Of a stretch of DNA of 64,000 nucleotides, positions 43,801 to 57,100 are shown in pieces. The DNA comes from the human T2T-CHM13v2.0 reference genome, Homo sapiens. The notes under the pieces are model-generated. The model did no database searches, was not told where the DNA came from, and saw only the letters and a list, made by a program, of their open reading frames with translations. Within the stretch, counting starts at the first letter, position 1. Each line of letters starts with the position of its first letter. Where the stretch lies: assembly GCF_009914755.1 (NCBI RefSeq), contig NC_060933.1; one strand, 5' to 3'. Made by a program: the position numbers and the translations under genes.

Positions 43801-45150
43801 GAATGGAAAGGAATGGAATGGAATCAACTCGATAGCAATGGAATGGAATGGAATGGAATGGAATGGAATGGAATGGAATGGAATGGAATGGAATGGAATT
43901 AACCGGAATACAATGGAATGGAATGGAATGGAACGGAATATAATGGAATGGAAGTGAATGGAATCAACACGAGTGCAGGGGAATGGAATGGAATGGAATG
44001 CAATGGAATGGAATCATCCGGAATGGAATGGAATGGAATGGAATCAACTCCATTGCAATGGAATGGAATGGAATGGAATGGAATAGAATGGAATGGAATT
44101 AACCCGAATAGAATGGAATGCAATAGAATGGAATGCAACGGAACCGAATGGAGTGGAATGGAATGGAATGGAATCAATCCGAGTGCAGGGGAATGGAATG
44201 GAAGCAATGCAATGGAATGGAATCATCCGTAATGGAATGGAATGGAATTGAATGCAAAGCAATGGAATCAACTCGATTGCAATGGAATAGAAGGGAATGG
44301 AAAGGAATACATTGGAATCAACCCGAGTCGAATGGAATGGAAAGGACTGGAATGGAGTGGAATGGAATGGAATGGAATGGAATGGAATCAACTCGATTGG
44401 AATGGAATGGAATGGAATGGAATGGAATGGAATGGAATTAACCCGAATAGAATGGAATGGAGTGGAATGGAACAGAACGGAACGGAACGGAACGGAACGG
44501 AACGGAATGGAATGGAATGGAATGGAATGGAATGGAATCAACCCGACTGCAGGGGAATGGAATGGAATGGAATGCAATGGAATGGATTCAACTTGAATGG
44601 AATGGAAAGAATGGAATCAACACGAGTGGAATGGCATGGATTGGAATGGAATGGAATGGAATCAACCCGAGTACAGGGGAATGGAATGGAATGGAATGCA
44701 GTGGAATGGAATCATCCGTAATGGAATGGAAAGGAATGGAATGGAATGGAATGGAATGGAATGGAATGGAATCAACTCGATTGCAATCGAATGGAATGGA
44801 ATGGAATCAACCCGAGTGCAATCGAATGGAATCGAATGGAATGGAATGCAATGGAATGGATTCAACTTGAATGGAATGGAAAGAATGGAATCAACACGAG
44901 TGGAAGGGCATGGATTGGAATGCAATGGAATGGAATCAACCCGAGTACAGGGGAATGGAATGGAATGGAATGCAATGGAATTTAATCATCCGTAATGGAA
45001 TGGAAAGGAATGGAATGGAATGGAATGGAATGGAATGGAATGGAATCAACACGATTGCAATCGAATGGAATGGAATGGAATTAACCCGAATAGAATGGAA
45101 TGGAATGGAATGGAATGGAACGGAATGGAATGGAATGGAATGGAATGGAA
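27634..45150 (+). repeat. Large tandem duplication, copy 1 (17,517 bp; period 17,533 bp)
   Basis: ORF-track entries from 27679..27897 through 44746..44985 recur with identical translation at a constant +17533 offset. Private variants recur exactly: CTACTCGATT 27679/45212, (GTAAT)4 32082/49615, CAATCATTCC 39478/57011. First flanking mismatches are 27633(a)/45166(t) and 45151(c)/62684(t). Confidence 0.95.
31080..38300 (+). repeat. Diverged duplication inside the 17.5-kb unit, about 31080-31960 vs 37420-38300 (offset ~6.36 kb), with a partial third copy at ~38820-39150
   Basis: Shared variants GTTGAAAAGAAT (31311, 37673, 39056), TAAACCGAAT, TGTAT and GGAAAGAATT. ORF pair 31312/37674. Confidence 0.75.
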
Positions 45151-45166
45151 CGGAACGGAATGAAAT

Positions 45167-48100
45167 GGAATGGAATGGAATGGAATGGAATGGAATGGAA
45201 TGGAATGGAATCTACTCGATTGCAATGGAATGGAATGGAATGGAATTAACCCGAATAGAATGGAATGGAATGGAATGGAATGGAACGGAATGGAATGGAA
45301 CGGAATGGAATGGAACGGAACGGAACGGAACGGAATGGAATGGAATGGAATGGAATGGAATGGAATCAACGCGAGTGCAGGGGAATGGAATGGAATGGAA
45401 TGCAATGGAACGGAATCTTCCGGAATGCAATGGAATGGAATGGAAGGGAATGGAATGGAATGGAATGGAATCAACTCGATTGCAATCGAATGGAATGGAA
45501 TGGAATTAACCCGAATAGAATGGAATGGAATGGAATGGAACGGAACGGAACGGAACGGAATGGAATGGAATGGAATGGAACGGAAAGGAAAGGAATGGAA
45601 CGGAATGGAATGGAATGGAATGGAATGGAATCAACGCGAGTGCAGGGGAATGGAATGTAATGGAATGCAATGGAATGGAATCTTCCGGAATGGAATGGAA
45701 TGGAATGGAATGGAATCAACCCGAGTGCAATGGAATGGAGTGGAATGGAATGGAATGGAATGGAACAACCCGAATGGAATGGAATGTAATGGAGAGTAAG
45801 GGAGTTGAATAGAATCATTCCGAATGTAATGGAATGGAATGGAACGGAAAGGAATTGAATGGAATGGAATGGAATGCAATGGAATGGAATCAACCCGAGT
45901 GCAATGGAATGGAGAGGAATGGAATGGAATCGAATGGAAACTACCCGAATGGAATGGAATATAATGGAGTGTAAGGGAATTGAATAGAATCAATCCGAAT
46001 GTAATGGAATGGAATGGAACGGAATGGAATGGAATGGAATGGAATGGAATGGAATGGAATGGAATCAACCCGAGTGCAATCGAATGGAATCGAATGGAAT
46101 GCAATGCAATGAAATGGATTCAACTTGAATGGAATGGAAAGAATGGAATCAACACGAGTGGAATGGCATGGATTGGAATGCAATGGAATGGAATCAACCC
46201 GAGTACAGGGGAATGCAATGGAATGGAATGCAATGGAATGGAATCATCCGTAATGGAATGGAAAGGAATGGAATGGAATGGAATGGAATGGAATGGAATG
46301 GAATCAACTCGATTGTAATCGAATGGAATGGAATGGAATTAACCCAAATAGAATGGAATGGAATGGAATAGAACGGAACGGAATGGAATGGAATGGAATG
46401 GAATGGAATGGAACGGAACGGAACGGAACGGAACGGAATGGAATGGAATGGAAAGGAATCAACGTGAGTGCAGGGGAATGGAATGGAACGGAATGCAATG
46501 GAATGGAATCATCCGGAATGGAATGGTATGGAATGGAATGGAATCAACTCGATTGCAATCGAATGGAATGGAATGGAATTAACCCGAATAGAATGGAATG
46601 GAATGGAACGGAACGGAACGGAACGGAATGGAATGGAATGGAATGGAATGGAATGGAATGGAATGGAATGGTATGGAATGGAATGGAATGGTACGGAATA
46701 GAATGGAATGGAACGAATTGTAATGGAATGGAATTGAATGGAATGGAATGGAATGGAATGGAAGGGAATCAACGTGAGTGCAGGGGAATGTAATGGAACG
46801 GAATGCAATGGAATGGAATCATCTGGAATGGAATGGTATGGAATGGAATGGAATGGAATGGAATGGAATCAACCCGAGTGCAATGGAATGGAGTGGAATG
46901 GAATGGAATGGAATGGAACAACCCGAATGGAATGGAATGTAATGGAGAGTAAGGGAGTTGAATAGAATCAATCCGAATGTAATGGAATGGAATGCAACGG
47001 AATGGAATGGAATGGAATGGAATGGAATGCAATGAAATGCAATCAACCCGAGTACAATGGAAAGGAATGGAATGGAATGGAATGGAATGGAATGGAATGG
47101 AATGGAATGGAATGATACGGAATAGAATGGAATGGAAAGAAATGGAATGGAATGGAATGGAATGGAATGGAATGGAATGGAATGGAATCGTTCCGAGTGG
47201 AATAGGAGGGAATGTATTCGAGTGGAATGGAAAGGAATGGAATCAACAAGAGTGGAATGGAAGGGAATGGAATGGAATGGAAACGAATAGAATGGAATCA
47301 ACCCGAGTGGAATGGAATGGAAAGGACTGCAATGGAATGGAATGGAATGGATTCAACTCGATTGTAATGGAATGGAATGGAATGGAAAGGAATGGAATGG
47401 AATGGAATTAACCCGAATACAATGGAAGGGAATGGAATGGAATGGAAACTAATAGAATGGAATCAACCCGAGTGGAATGGAATGGAAAGGACTGGAATGG
47501 AATGGAATGGAATGGAATCAACTCGATTGTAATGGAATGGAATGGAATGGAATGGAATGGAATGGAATGGCATGGAATGGAATCAACTCGATCGCAATCG
47601 AATGGAATGGAATGGAATTAACCCGAATAGAATGGAATGGAATGGAATGGAATGGAACGGAACGGAACGGAACGGAACGGAATGGAATGGAATGGAATGG
47701 AACGGAAAGGAATGGAATGGAATGGAATGGAATGGAATGGAATGGAATCAACGCGAGTGCAGGGGAATGGAATGTAATGGAATGTAATGGAATGGAATCT
47801 TCCGGAATGGAATGGAATGGAATGGAATCAACCCGAGTGCAATGGAATGGAGTGGAATGGAATGGAACGGAATGGAACAACCCGAATGGAATGGAATGTA
47901 ATGGAGAGTAAGGGAGTTGAATAGAATCAATCCGAATGTAATGGAATGGAATGGAACGGAATGGAATTGAATGGAATGGAATGGAATGCAATGGAATGGA
48001 ATCAACACGAGTGCAATGGAATGGAGAGGAATGGAATGGAATGGAGTGGAAACTACCCGAATGGAATGGAATGTAATGGAGTGTAAGGGAATTGAATAGA

Positions 48101-51100
48101 ATCAATCCGAATGTAATGGAATGGAATGGAACGGAATGGAATGGAATGGAATGGAATGGAATGGAATGGAATGCAATGGAATGGAATCAACCCGAGTGCA
48201 ATCGAATGGAATCGAATGGAATGGAATGCAATGGAATGGATTCAACTTGAATGGAATGGAAAGAAGGGAATCAACACGAGTGGAATGGCATGGATTGGAA
48301 TGGAATGGAATGGAATCAAACCGAGTACAGGGGAATGGAATGGAATGGAATGCAATAGAATGGAATCATCCGTAATGGAATGGAAAGGAATGGAATGGAA
48401 TGGAATGGAATGGAATGGAATGGAATGGAATGGAATCAACTCGATTGCAATCGAATGGAATGGAATGGAATGGAATCAAATCGATTGCAATCTAATGGAA
48501 TGGAATGGAATTAACCCGAATAGAATGGAATGGAATGGAATGGAACGGAACGGAATGGAATGGAATGGAATGGAATGGAACGGAAAGGAATGGAAAGGAA
48601 TGGAATTTAATGGAATGGAATCAACGCGAGTGCAGGGGAATGCAATGGAATCGAATGGAATGGAAAGGAATGGAATGGAATCAACCCGAGTGCAGGGGAA
48701 TGTAATGGAACGGAATGCAATGGAATGGAATCATCCGGAATGTAATGGAATGGAATCAACCCGAGTGCAATGGAATGGAGTGGAATGGAATGGAATGGAA
48801 TGGAACAACCCGAATGGAATGGAATGTAATGGAGAGTAAGGGAGTTGAAAAGAATCAATCCGAATGTAATGGAATGGAATGGAACGGAATGGAATGGAAT
48901 GGAATGGAATGCAATGGAATGGAATCAACCCGAGTACAATGGAATGGAATGGAATGGAATGGAATGGAATGGAATGGAATGCAATGGAATGGAATCTTCC
49001 GGAATGGAATGGAATGGAATGGAATGGAATGGAATGGAATGGAATGGAATGCAATGGATTCAACTCGATTGCAATGGAATGGAATAGAATGGAATGGAAT
49101 GGAATGGAATGGAATTAAACCGAATAGAATCGAATGGAATGGAATGGAACGGAACAGAACGGAACGGAACGGAACGGAGTGGAATGGAATGGAATGGAAT
49201 TGTATGGAATGGAATGGAATGGTACGGAATAGAATGGAATGGAAAGAATTGGAATGGAATGGAATCGAATGGAATGGAATGGAATGTAATGGAATGAACC
49301 CGAGTGCAGGGGAATGTAATTGAACGGAATGCAATGGAATGGAATCATCCGGAATGGAATGGAATGGAATGGAATGGAATGGAATGGAATGGAATCAACC
49401 CGAGCGCAATGGAATGGAGTGGAATGGAATGGAATGGAATGGAACAACCCGAATGGAATGGAATGGAATGGAGAGTAAAGGAGTTGAATAGAATCAATCC
49501 GAATGTAATGGAATGGAACGGAATGGAATGGAATGGAATGGAATGGAATGGAATGGAATGGAATGGAATGGAATGCAATGGAATGGAATCAACCCGAGTA
49601 CAATGGAACGGAATGTAATGTAATGTAATGTAATGGAATGGAATGGAATGGAATGGAATGGAATGGAATGGAATCAACCCGAGTGCAATGGAATGGAGAG
49701 GAATGGAATGGAATGGAATGCAATGGAATGGAATCATCCGGAATGGAATGGAATGGAATGGAATGCAAAGCAATGGAATCAACTCGATTGCAATGGAATG
49801 GAATGGAATGGAAAGGAATACATTGGAATCAACCCGAGTGGAATGGAATGGAAAGGACTGGAATGGAGTGGAATGGAATGGAATGGAATGGAATGGAAAC
49901 AACTCGATTGGAATGGAATGGAATGGAATGGAATGGAATGGAATGGAATGGAATTAACCCGAAGAGAATGGAATGGAATGGAATGGAACGGAACGGAATG
50001 GAATGGAATGGAATGGAATGGAAGGGAATGGAATGGAATGGAAACAACCCGACTGCAGGGGAATGGAATGGAATGGAATGGAATGGAATGATACGGAATA
50101 GAATGGAATGGAACGAAATGGAATGGAATGGAATGGAATGGAATGGATTGGAATGGAATGGAATCGTTCCGAGTGGAATAGGAGGGAATGTATTCGAGTG
50201 GAATGGAAAGGAATGGAATCAACCAGAGTGGAATGGAAGGGAATGGAATGGAATGGAAACTAATAGAATGGAATCAACCCGAGTGGAATGGAATGGAAAG
50301 GACTGGAATGGAATGGAATGGAATGGAATCAACTCGATTGTAATGGAATGGAATGCAATGGAATGGAATGGAATGGAATGGAATTAACCCGAATACAATG
50401 CAATGCAATGGAATGGAACGGAATGGAGTGGAATGGAATGGAATCAACCCGAATGCAGGGGAATGGAATGGAATGGAATGCAATGGAATGGATTCAACTT
50501 GAATGGAATGGAAAGAATGGAATCAACACGAGTGGAATGGCATGGATTGGAATGGAATGGAATGGAATCAACCCGAGTACAGGGGAATGGAATGGAATGG
50601 AATGCAATGGAATGGAATCATCCGTAATGGAATGGAAAGGAATGGAATGGAATGGAATGGAATGGAATGGAATGGAATCAACTCGTTTGCAATCGAATGG
50701 AATGGAATGGAATGGAATGGAATGGAATGGAATGGTATGGAATAGAATGGAATGGAAAGAAATGGAATGGAATGGAATGGAATGGAATGCAATGGAATGG
50801 AATGGAATCGTTCCGAGTGGAATAGGAGGGAATGTATTCCAGTGGAATGGAAAGGAATGGAATCAACCAGAGTGGAATGGAAGGGAATGGAATGGAATGG
50901 AATCTAATAGAATGGAATCAACCCGAGTGGAATGGAATGGAAAAGACTGGAATGGAATGGAATGGAATGGAATCAACTCGATTGTAATGGAATGGAATGG
51001 AATGGAATGAAATGGAATGGAGTTAACCTGAATACAATGGAATGGAATGGAATGGAATGGAACGGAATGGAGTGGAATGGAATGGAATCCACCCGAGTGC

Positions 51101-54100
51101 AGGGGAATGGAATGGAATGGAATGCAATGGAATGGAATCATCCGGAATGGAATGGAATGGAATGGAATGCAAAGCAATGAAATCAACTTGATTGCAATGG
51201 AATGGAATAGAATGGAAAGGAATACATTGGAATCAACCCGAGTGGAATGGAATGGAAAGGACTGGAATGGAGTGGAATGGAATGGAATGGAATGGAATGG
51301 AATCAACTCGATTGGAATGGAATGGAATGGAATGGAATGGAATGGAATGGAATGCAATGGAATGGAATCAACCCGAGTGCAATCGAATGGAATCGAATGG
51401 AAGGGAATGCAATGGATGGATTCAACTTGAATGGAATGGAAAGAATGGAATCAACACGAGTGGCATGGCATGGATTGGAATGGAATGGAATGGAATCAAC
51501 CCGAGTACAGGGGAATGGAATGGAATGGAATGGAATGGAATGGAATGGAATGGAATGGAATGGAATGGAATGGAATGTAATGGAATCAACTCGATTGCAA
51601 TCGAATGGAATGGAATGGAATTAACCCGAATAGAATGGAATGGAATGGAATGGAACGGAACGGAATGGAATGGAATGGAATGGAATGGAATGGAATGGAA
51701 CGGAACGGAATGGAATGGAATGGAATGGAATGGAATGGAATCAACGCGAGTGCAGGGGAATGTAATGGAATGGAATGCAATGGAATGGAATCTTCCGGAA
51801 TGGAATGGAATGGAATGGAATGGAATGAAATGCAATGGATTCAACTCGATTGCAATGGAAGGGCATAGAATGGAATGGAATGGAATGGAATGGAATTAAT
51901 TCGAATAGAATGGAATGGAATGGAATGGAACGGAATGGAACGGAATGGAATGGAATGGAATGGAATGGAATGGTATGGAATGAAATGGAATGGTACGGAA
52001 TAGAATGGAATGGAACGAATTGTAATGGAATGGAATTGAATGGAATGGAATGGAATCAACGCGAGTGCAGGGGAATGTAATGGAACGGAATGCAATGGAA
52101 TGGAATCATCCGGAATGGAATGGAATGGAATGGAATGCAATGGAATGGAATGGAATGGAATCAACGCGAGGGCAGGGGAATGGAAGGGAATGGAATGCAA
52201 TGGAATGGAATCTTCCGGAATGGAATGGAATGGAATGGAATCAACCCGAGTGCAATGGAATGGAGTGGAATGGAATGGAATGGAATGGAACAACCCGAAT
52301 GGAATGGAATGTAATGGAGAGTAAGGGAGTTGAATAGAATCAATCCGAATGTAATGGAATGGAATGCAACGGAATGGAATGGAATGGAATGGAATGGAAT
52401 GCAATGGAATTGAATCAACCCGAGTACAATGGAATGGAATGGAATGGAATGGAATGGAACGGAACGGAATGGAATGGAATGGAATGGAATGGAATGATAC
52501 GGAATAGAATGGAATGGAACGAAATGGAATGGAATGGAATAGAATGGAATGGAATGGAATGGAATGGAATGGAATCGTTCCGAGTGGAATAGGAGGGAAT
52601 GTATTCGAGTGGAATGGAAAGGAATGGAATCAACCAGAGTGGAATGGAAGGGAATGGAATGGAATGGAAACTAATAGAATGGAATCAACCCGAGAGGAAT
52701 GGAATGGAAAGGACTGGAATGGAATGTAATGGAATGGAATCAACTCGATTGTAATGGAATGGAATGGAATGGAATGGAATGCAATGGAATTAACCCGAAT
52801 ACAATGCAATGGAAAGGAATGGAACGGAATGGAGTGGAATGGAATGGAATCAACGCGAGTACAGGGGAATGGAATGGAATGGAATGCAATGGAATGGAAT
52901 CATCCGGAATGGAATGGAATGGAAAGGAATGCAAAGCAATGGAATCAACTCGATTGCAATTTAATGGAATGGAATGAAAAGGAATACATTGGAATCAACC
53001 CGAGTGGAATGGAATGGAAAGGACTGGAATGGAGTGGAATGGAATGGAATGGAATGGAATGGAATCAACTCGATTGGAATGGAATGGAATGGAATGGAAT
53101 GGAATGGAATGGAATGGAATTAACCGGAATAGAATGGAATGGAATGGAATGGAACGGAACGGAACGGAATGGAATGGAATGGAATAGAATGGAATGGAAT
53201 GGAAACAACCCGACTGCAGGGGAATGGAATGGAATGGAATGCAATGGAATGGATTCAACTTGAATGGAATGGAAAGAATGGAATCAACACGAGTGGAATG
53301 GCATGGATTGGAATGGAATGGAATGGAATCAACCCGAGTACAGGGGAATGGAATGGAATGGAATGCAATGGAATGGAATCATCCGTAATGGAATGGAAAG
53401 GAATGGAATGGAATGGAATGGAATGGAATGGAATGGAATCAACTCGATTGCAATCGAATGGAATGGAATGGAATTAACCCGAATAGAATGGGATGGAATG
53501 GAATGGAACGGAACGGAACGGAATGGAATGGATTGGAATGGAATGGAATGGAATGGAATGGAACGGAAAGGAATGGAATGGAATGGAATGGAATGGAAGG
53601 GAATGGAATGGAACGGAATGGTATCAACGCGAGTGCAGGGGAATGGAATGGAATGGAATGCAATGGAATGGAAACTTCCGGAATGGAATTGAATGGAATG
53701 GAATGGAATGAAATGCAATGGATTCAACTCGATTGCAATGGAATGGAATAGAATGGAATGGAATGGAATGGAATGTAATTAATCCGAATTGAATGGAATG
53801 GAATGGAATGCAACGGAATGGAACGGAATGGAATGGAATGGAATGGAATGGAATGGTATGGAATGGAATGGAATGGTACGGAATAGAATGGAATGGAACG
53901 AATTGTAATGGAATGGAATTGAATGGAATGGAATGGAATGGAATGGAATCAACGCGAGTGCAGGGGAATGTAATGGAACGGAATGCAATGGAATGGAATC
54001 ATCCGGAATGGAATGGAATGGAATGGAATGGAATGGAATGGAATGGAATCAACCCGAGTGCAATGGAATGGAGTGGAATGGAATGGAATGGAATGGAACA

Positions 54101-57100
54101 ACCCGAATGGAGTGGAATGTAATGGAGAGTAAGGGAGTTGAATAGAATCAATCCGAATGTAATGGAATGGAATGCAACGGAATGGAATGGAATGGAATGG
54201 AATGGAATGCAATGGAATTGAATCAACCCGAGTACAATGGAATGGAATGGAATGGAATGGAATGGAATGGAATGGAATGGAATGATACGGAATAGAATGG
54301 AATGGAACGAAATGGAATGGAATGGAATGGAATGGAATGGAATGGAATGGAATCGTTCCGAGTGGAATAGGAGGGAATGTATTCGAGTGGAATGGAAAGG
54401 AATGGAATCAACCAGAGTGCAATGGAAGGGAATGGAATGGAATGGAATGGAATGGAATGGAATGCTTTCAAACTGAATGGAATGGAAAGGAATGGAATCA
54501 ACACGAGTGGAATGGAATGGAATGGAATGGAATGGAATGGAATGGAAGGGAATGGAATGGAATGGAATGATACGGAATAGAATGGAATGGAACGAAATGG
54601 AATGGAATGGAATGGAATGGAATGGAATGGAATGGAATCTTTCCGAGTGGAATAGGAGGGAATGTATTCGAGTGGAATGGAAAGGAATGGAATCAACCAG
54701 AGTGGAATGGAAGGGAATGGAATGGAATGGAAAGTAATAGAATGGAATCAACCCGAGTGGAATGGAATGGAAAGGACTGAAATGGAATGGAATGGAATGG
54801 AATGGAATCAACTCGATTGTAATGGAATGGAATGGAATGGAATGGAATGGAATGGAATGGAATGGAATGGAAAGGAATTAACCCGAATACAATGGAATGG
54901 AAAGGAATGGAATGGAATGGAATGGAATGGAATGGAATGGAATGGAATGGAATGGAATCAACGCGAGTGCAGGGGAATGGAATGGAATCGAATGGAATGG
55001 AATGGAATGGAATGGAATGGAATCAACCCGAGTGCAGGGGAATGTAATGGAACGGAATGCAATGGAATGGAATCATCCGGAATGGAATGGAATGGAATGG
55101 AATGGAATGGAATGGAATCAACCCGAGTGCAATGGAATGGAGTGGAATGGAATGGAATGAAATGGAACAACCCGAATGGAATGGAATGTAATGGAGAGTA
55201 AGGGAGTTGAAAAGAATCAATCCGAATGTAATGGAATGGAATGGAACGGAATGGAAAGGAACGGAATGGAATGGAATGGAATGGAATGGAATGCAATGGA
55301 ATGGAATCAACCCGAGTACAATGGAATGGAATGGAATGGAATGGAATGGAATGGAATGCAATGGAATGGAATCTTCCGGAATGGAATGGAATGGAATGGA
55401 ATGGAATGCAATGGATTCAACTCGATTGCAATGGAATGGAATAGAATGGAATGGAATGGAATGGAATGGAATTAAACCGAATAGAATGGAATGGAATGGA
55501 ATGGAACGGAACGGAACGGAACGGAACGGAACAGAGTGGAATGGAATGGAATGGAATTGTATGGAATGGAATGGAATGTTACGGAATAGAATGGAATGGA
55601 AAGAATTGGAATGGAATGGAATGGAATGGAATGGAATGGAATGGAATGGAATGGAATGGAATCAACCCGAGTGCAGGGGAATGTAATGGAACGGAATGCA
55701 ATGGAATGGAATCATCCGGAATGGAATGGAATGGAATGGAATGGAATGGAATGGAATAAATCCGAGTGCAATGGAATGGAGTGGAATGGAATGGAATGGA
55801 ATGGAACAACCCGAATGGAATGGAATGTAATGGAGAGTAAGGGAGTTGAATAGAATCAATCCGAATGTAATGGAATGGAATGGAACGGAATGGAATTGAA
55901 TGGAATGGAATGGAATGCAATGGAATGGAATCAACCCGAGTCTAATGGAATGGAATGGAATGGAATGGAATGGAATGGAATGGAATGGAATGGAATGCCT
56001 TCAAACCGAATGGAATGGAAAGGAATGAAATCAACACGAGTGGAATGGAATGGAATGGAATGGAATGGAATGGAATGGAATGATACGGAATAGAATGGAA
56101 TGGAACGAAATGGAATGGAATGGAATGGAATGGAATGGAATGGAATGGAATGGTATGGAATGGAATGGAATCGTTCCGAGTGGAATAGGAGGGAATGTAT
56201 TCGAGTGGAATGGAAAGGAATGGAATCAACCAGAGTGGAATGGAAGGGAATGGAATGGAATGGAAACTAATAGAATGGAATCAACCCGAGTGGAATGGAA
56301 TGGAAAGGACTGGAATGGAAAGGAATGGAATGGAATGGAATGGAATGGAATGGAATCAACGCGAGTGCAGGGGAATGGAATGGAATCGAATGGAATGGAA
56401 TGGAATGGAATGGAATCAACCCGAGTGCAGGGGAATGTAATGGAACGGAATGCAATGGAATGGAATCATCCGGAATGGAATGCAATGGAATGGAATGGAA
56501 TCAACCCGAGTGCAATGGAATGGAGTGGAATGGAATGGAATGGAATGGAACAATCCGAATGGAATGTAATGTAATGGAGAGTAAGGGAGTTGAAAAGAAT
56601 CAATCCGAATGTAATGCAATGGAACGGAATGGAATGGAATGGAATGGAATGGAATGGAATGGAATGCAATGGAATGGAATCAACCCGAGTACAATGGAAT
56701 GGAATCGAATGGAATGGAATGGAATCGAATGGAATGGAATGGAATGATACGAAATAGAATGGAATGGAACGAAATAGAATGGAATGGAAAGGAATGGAAT
56801 GGAATGGAATGGAAAGGAATGGAATCAACCCGAGTGGAATGGTATGGAATGGAATGTAATGGAATGGAATGGAATGGAATCAAATCGAGTGGAAAGGAAT
56901 GGAATGGAATGGAAAGGAATGGAATGAAATCAACTCGAGTGGAATGGAATGGAATGGAATGGATTGGAATGGATTGCAATGGAATGAAATGGAATGGAAT
57001 GGAATGGAATCAATCATTCCGAGTGGAATGGAAGGGAATGTAATGGAGTGGAAAGAAGGGAATGGAATCAAGCCGAGTGGAATGCAAGGCAATGGAATGG

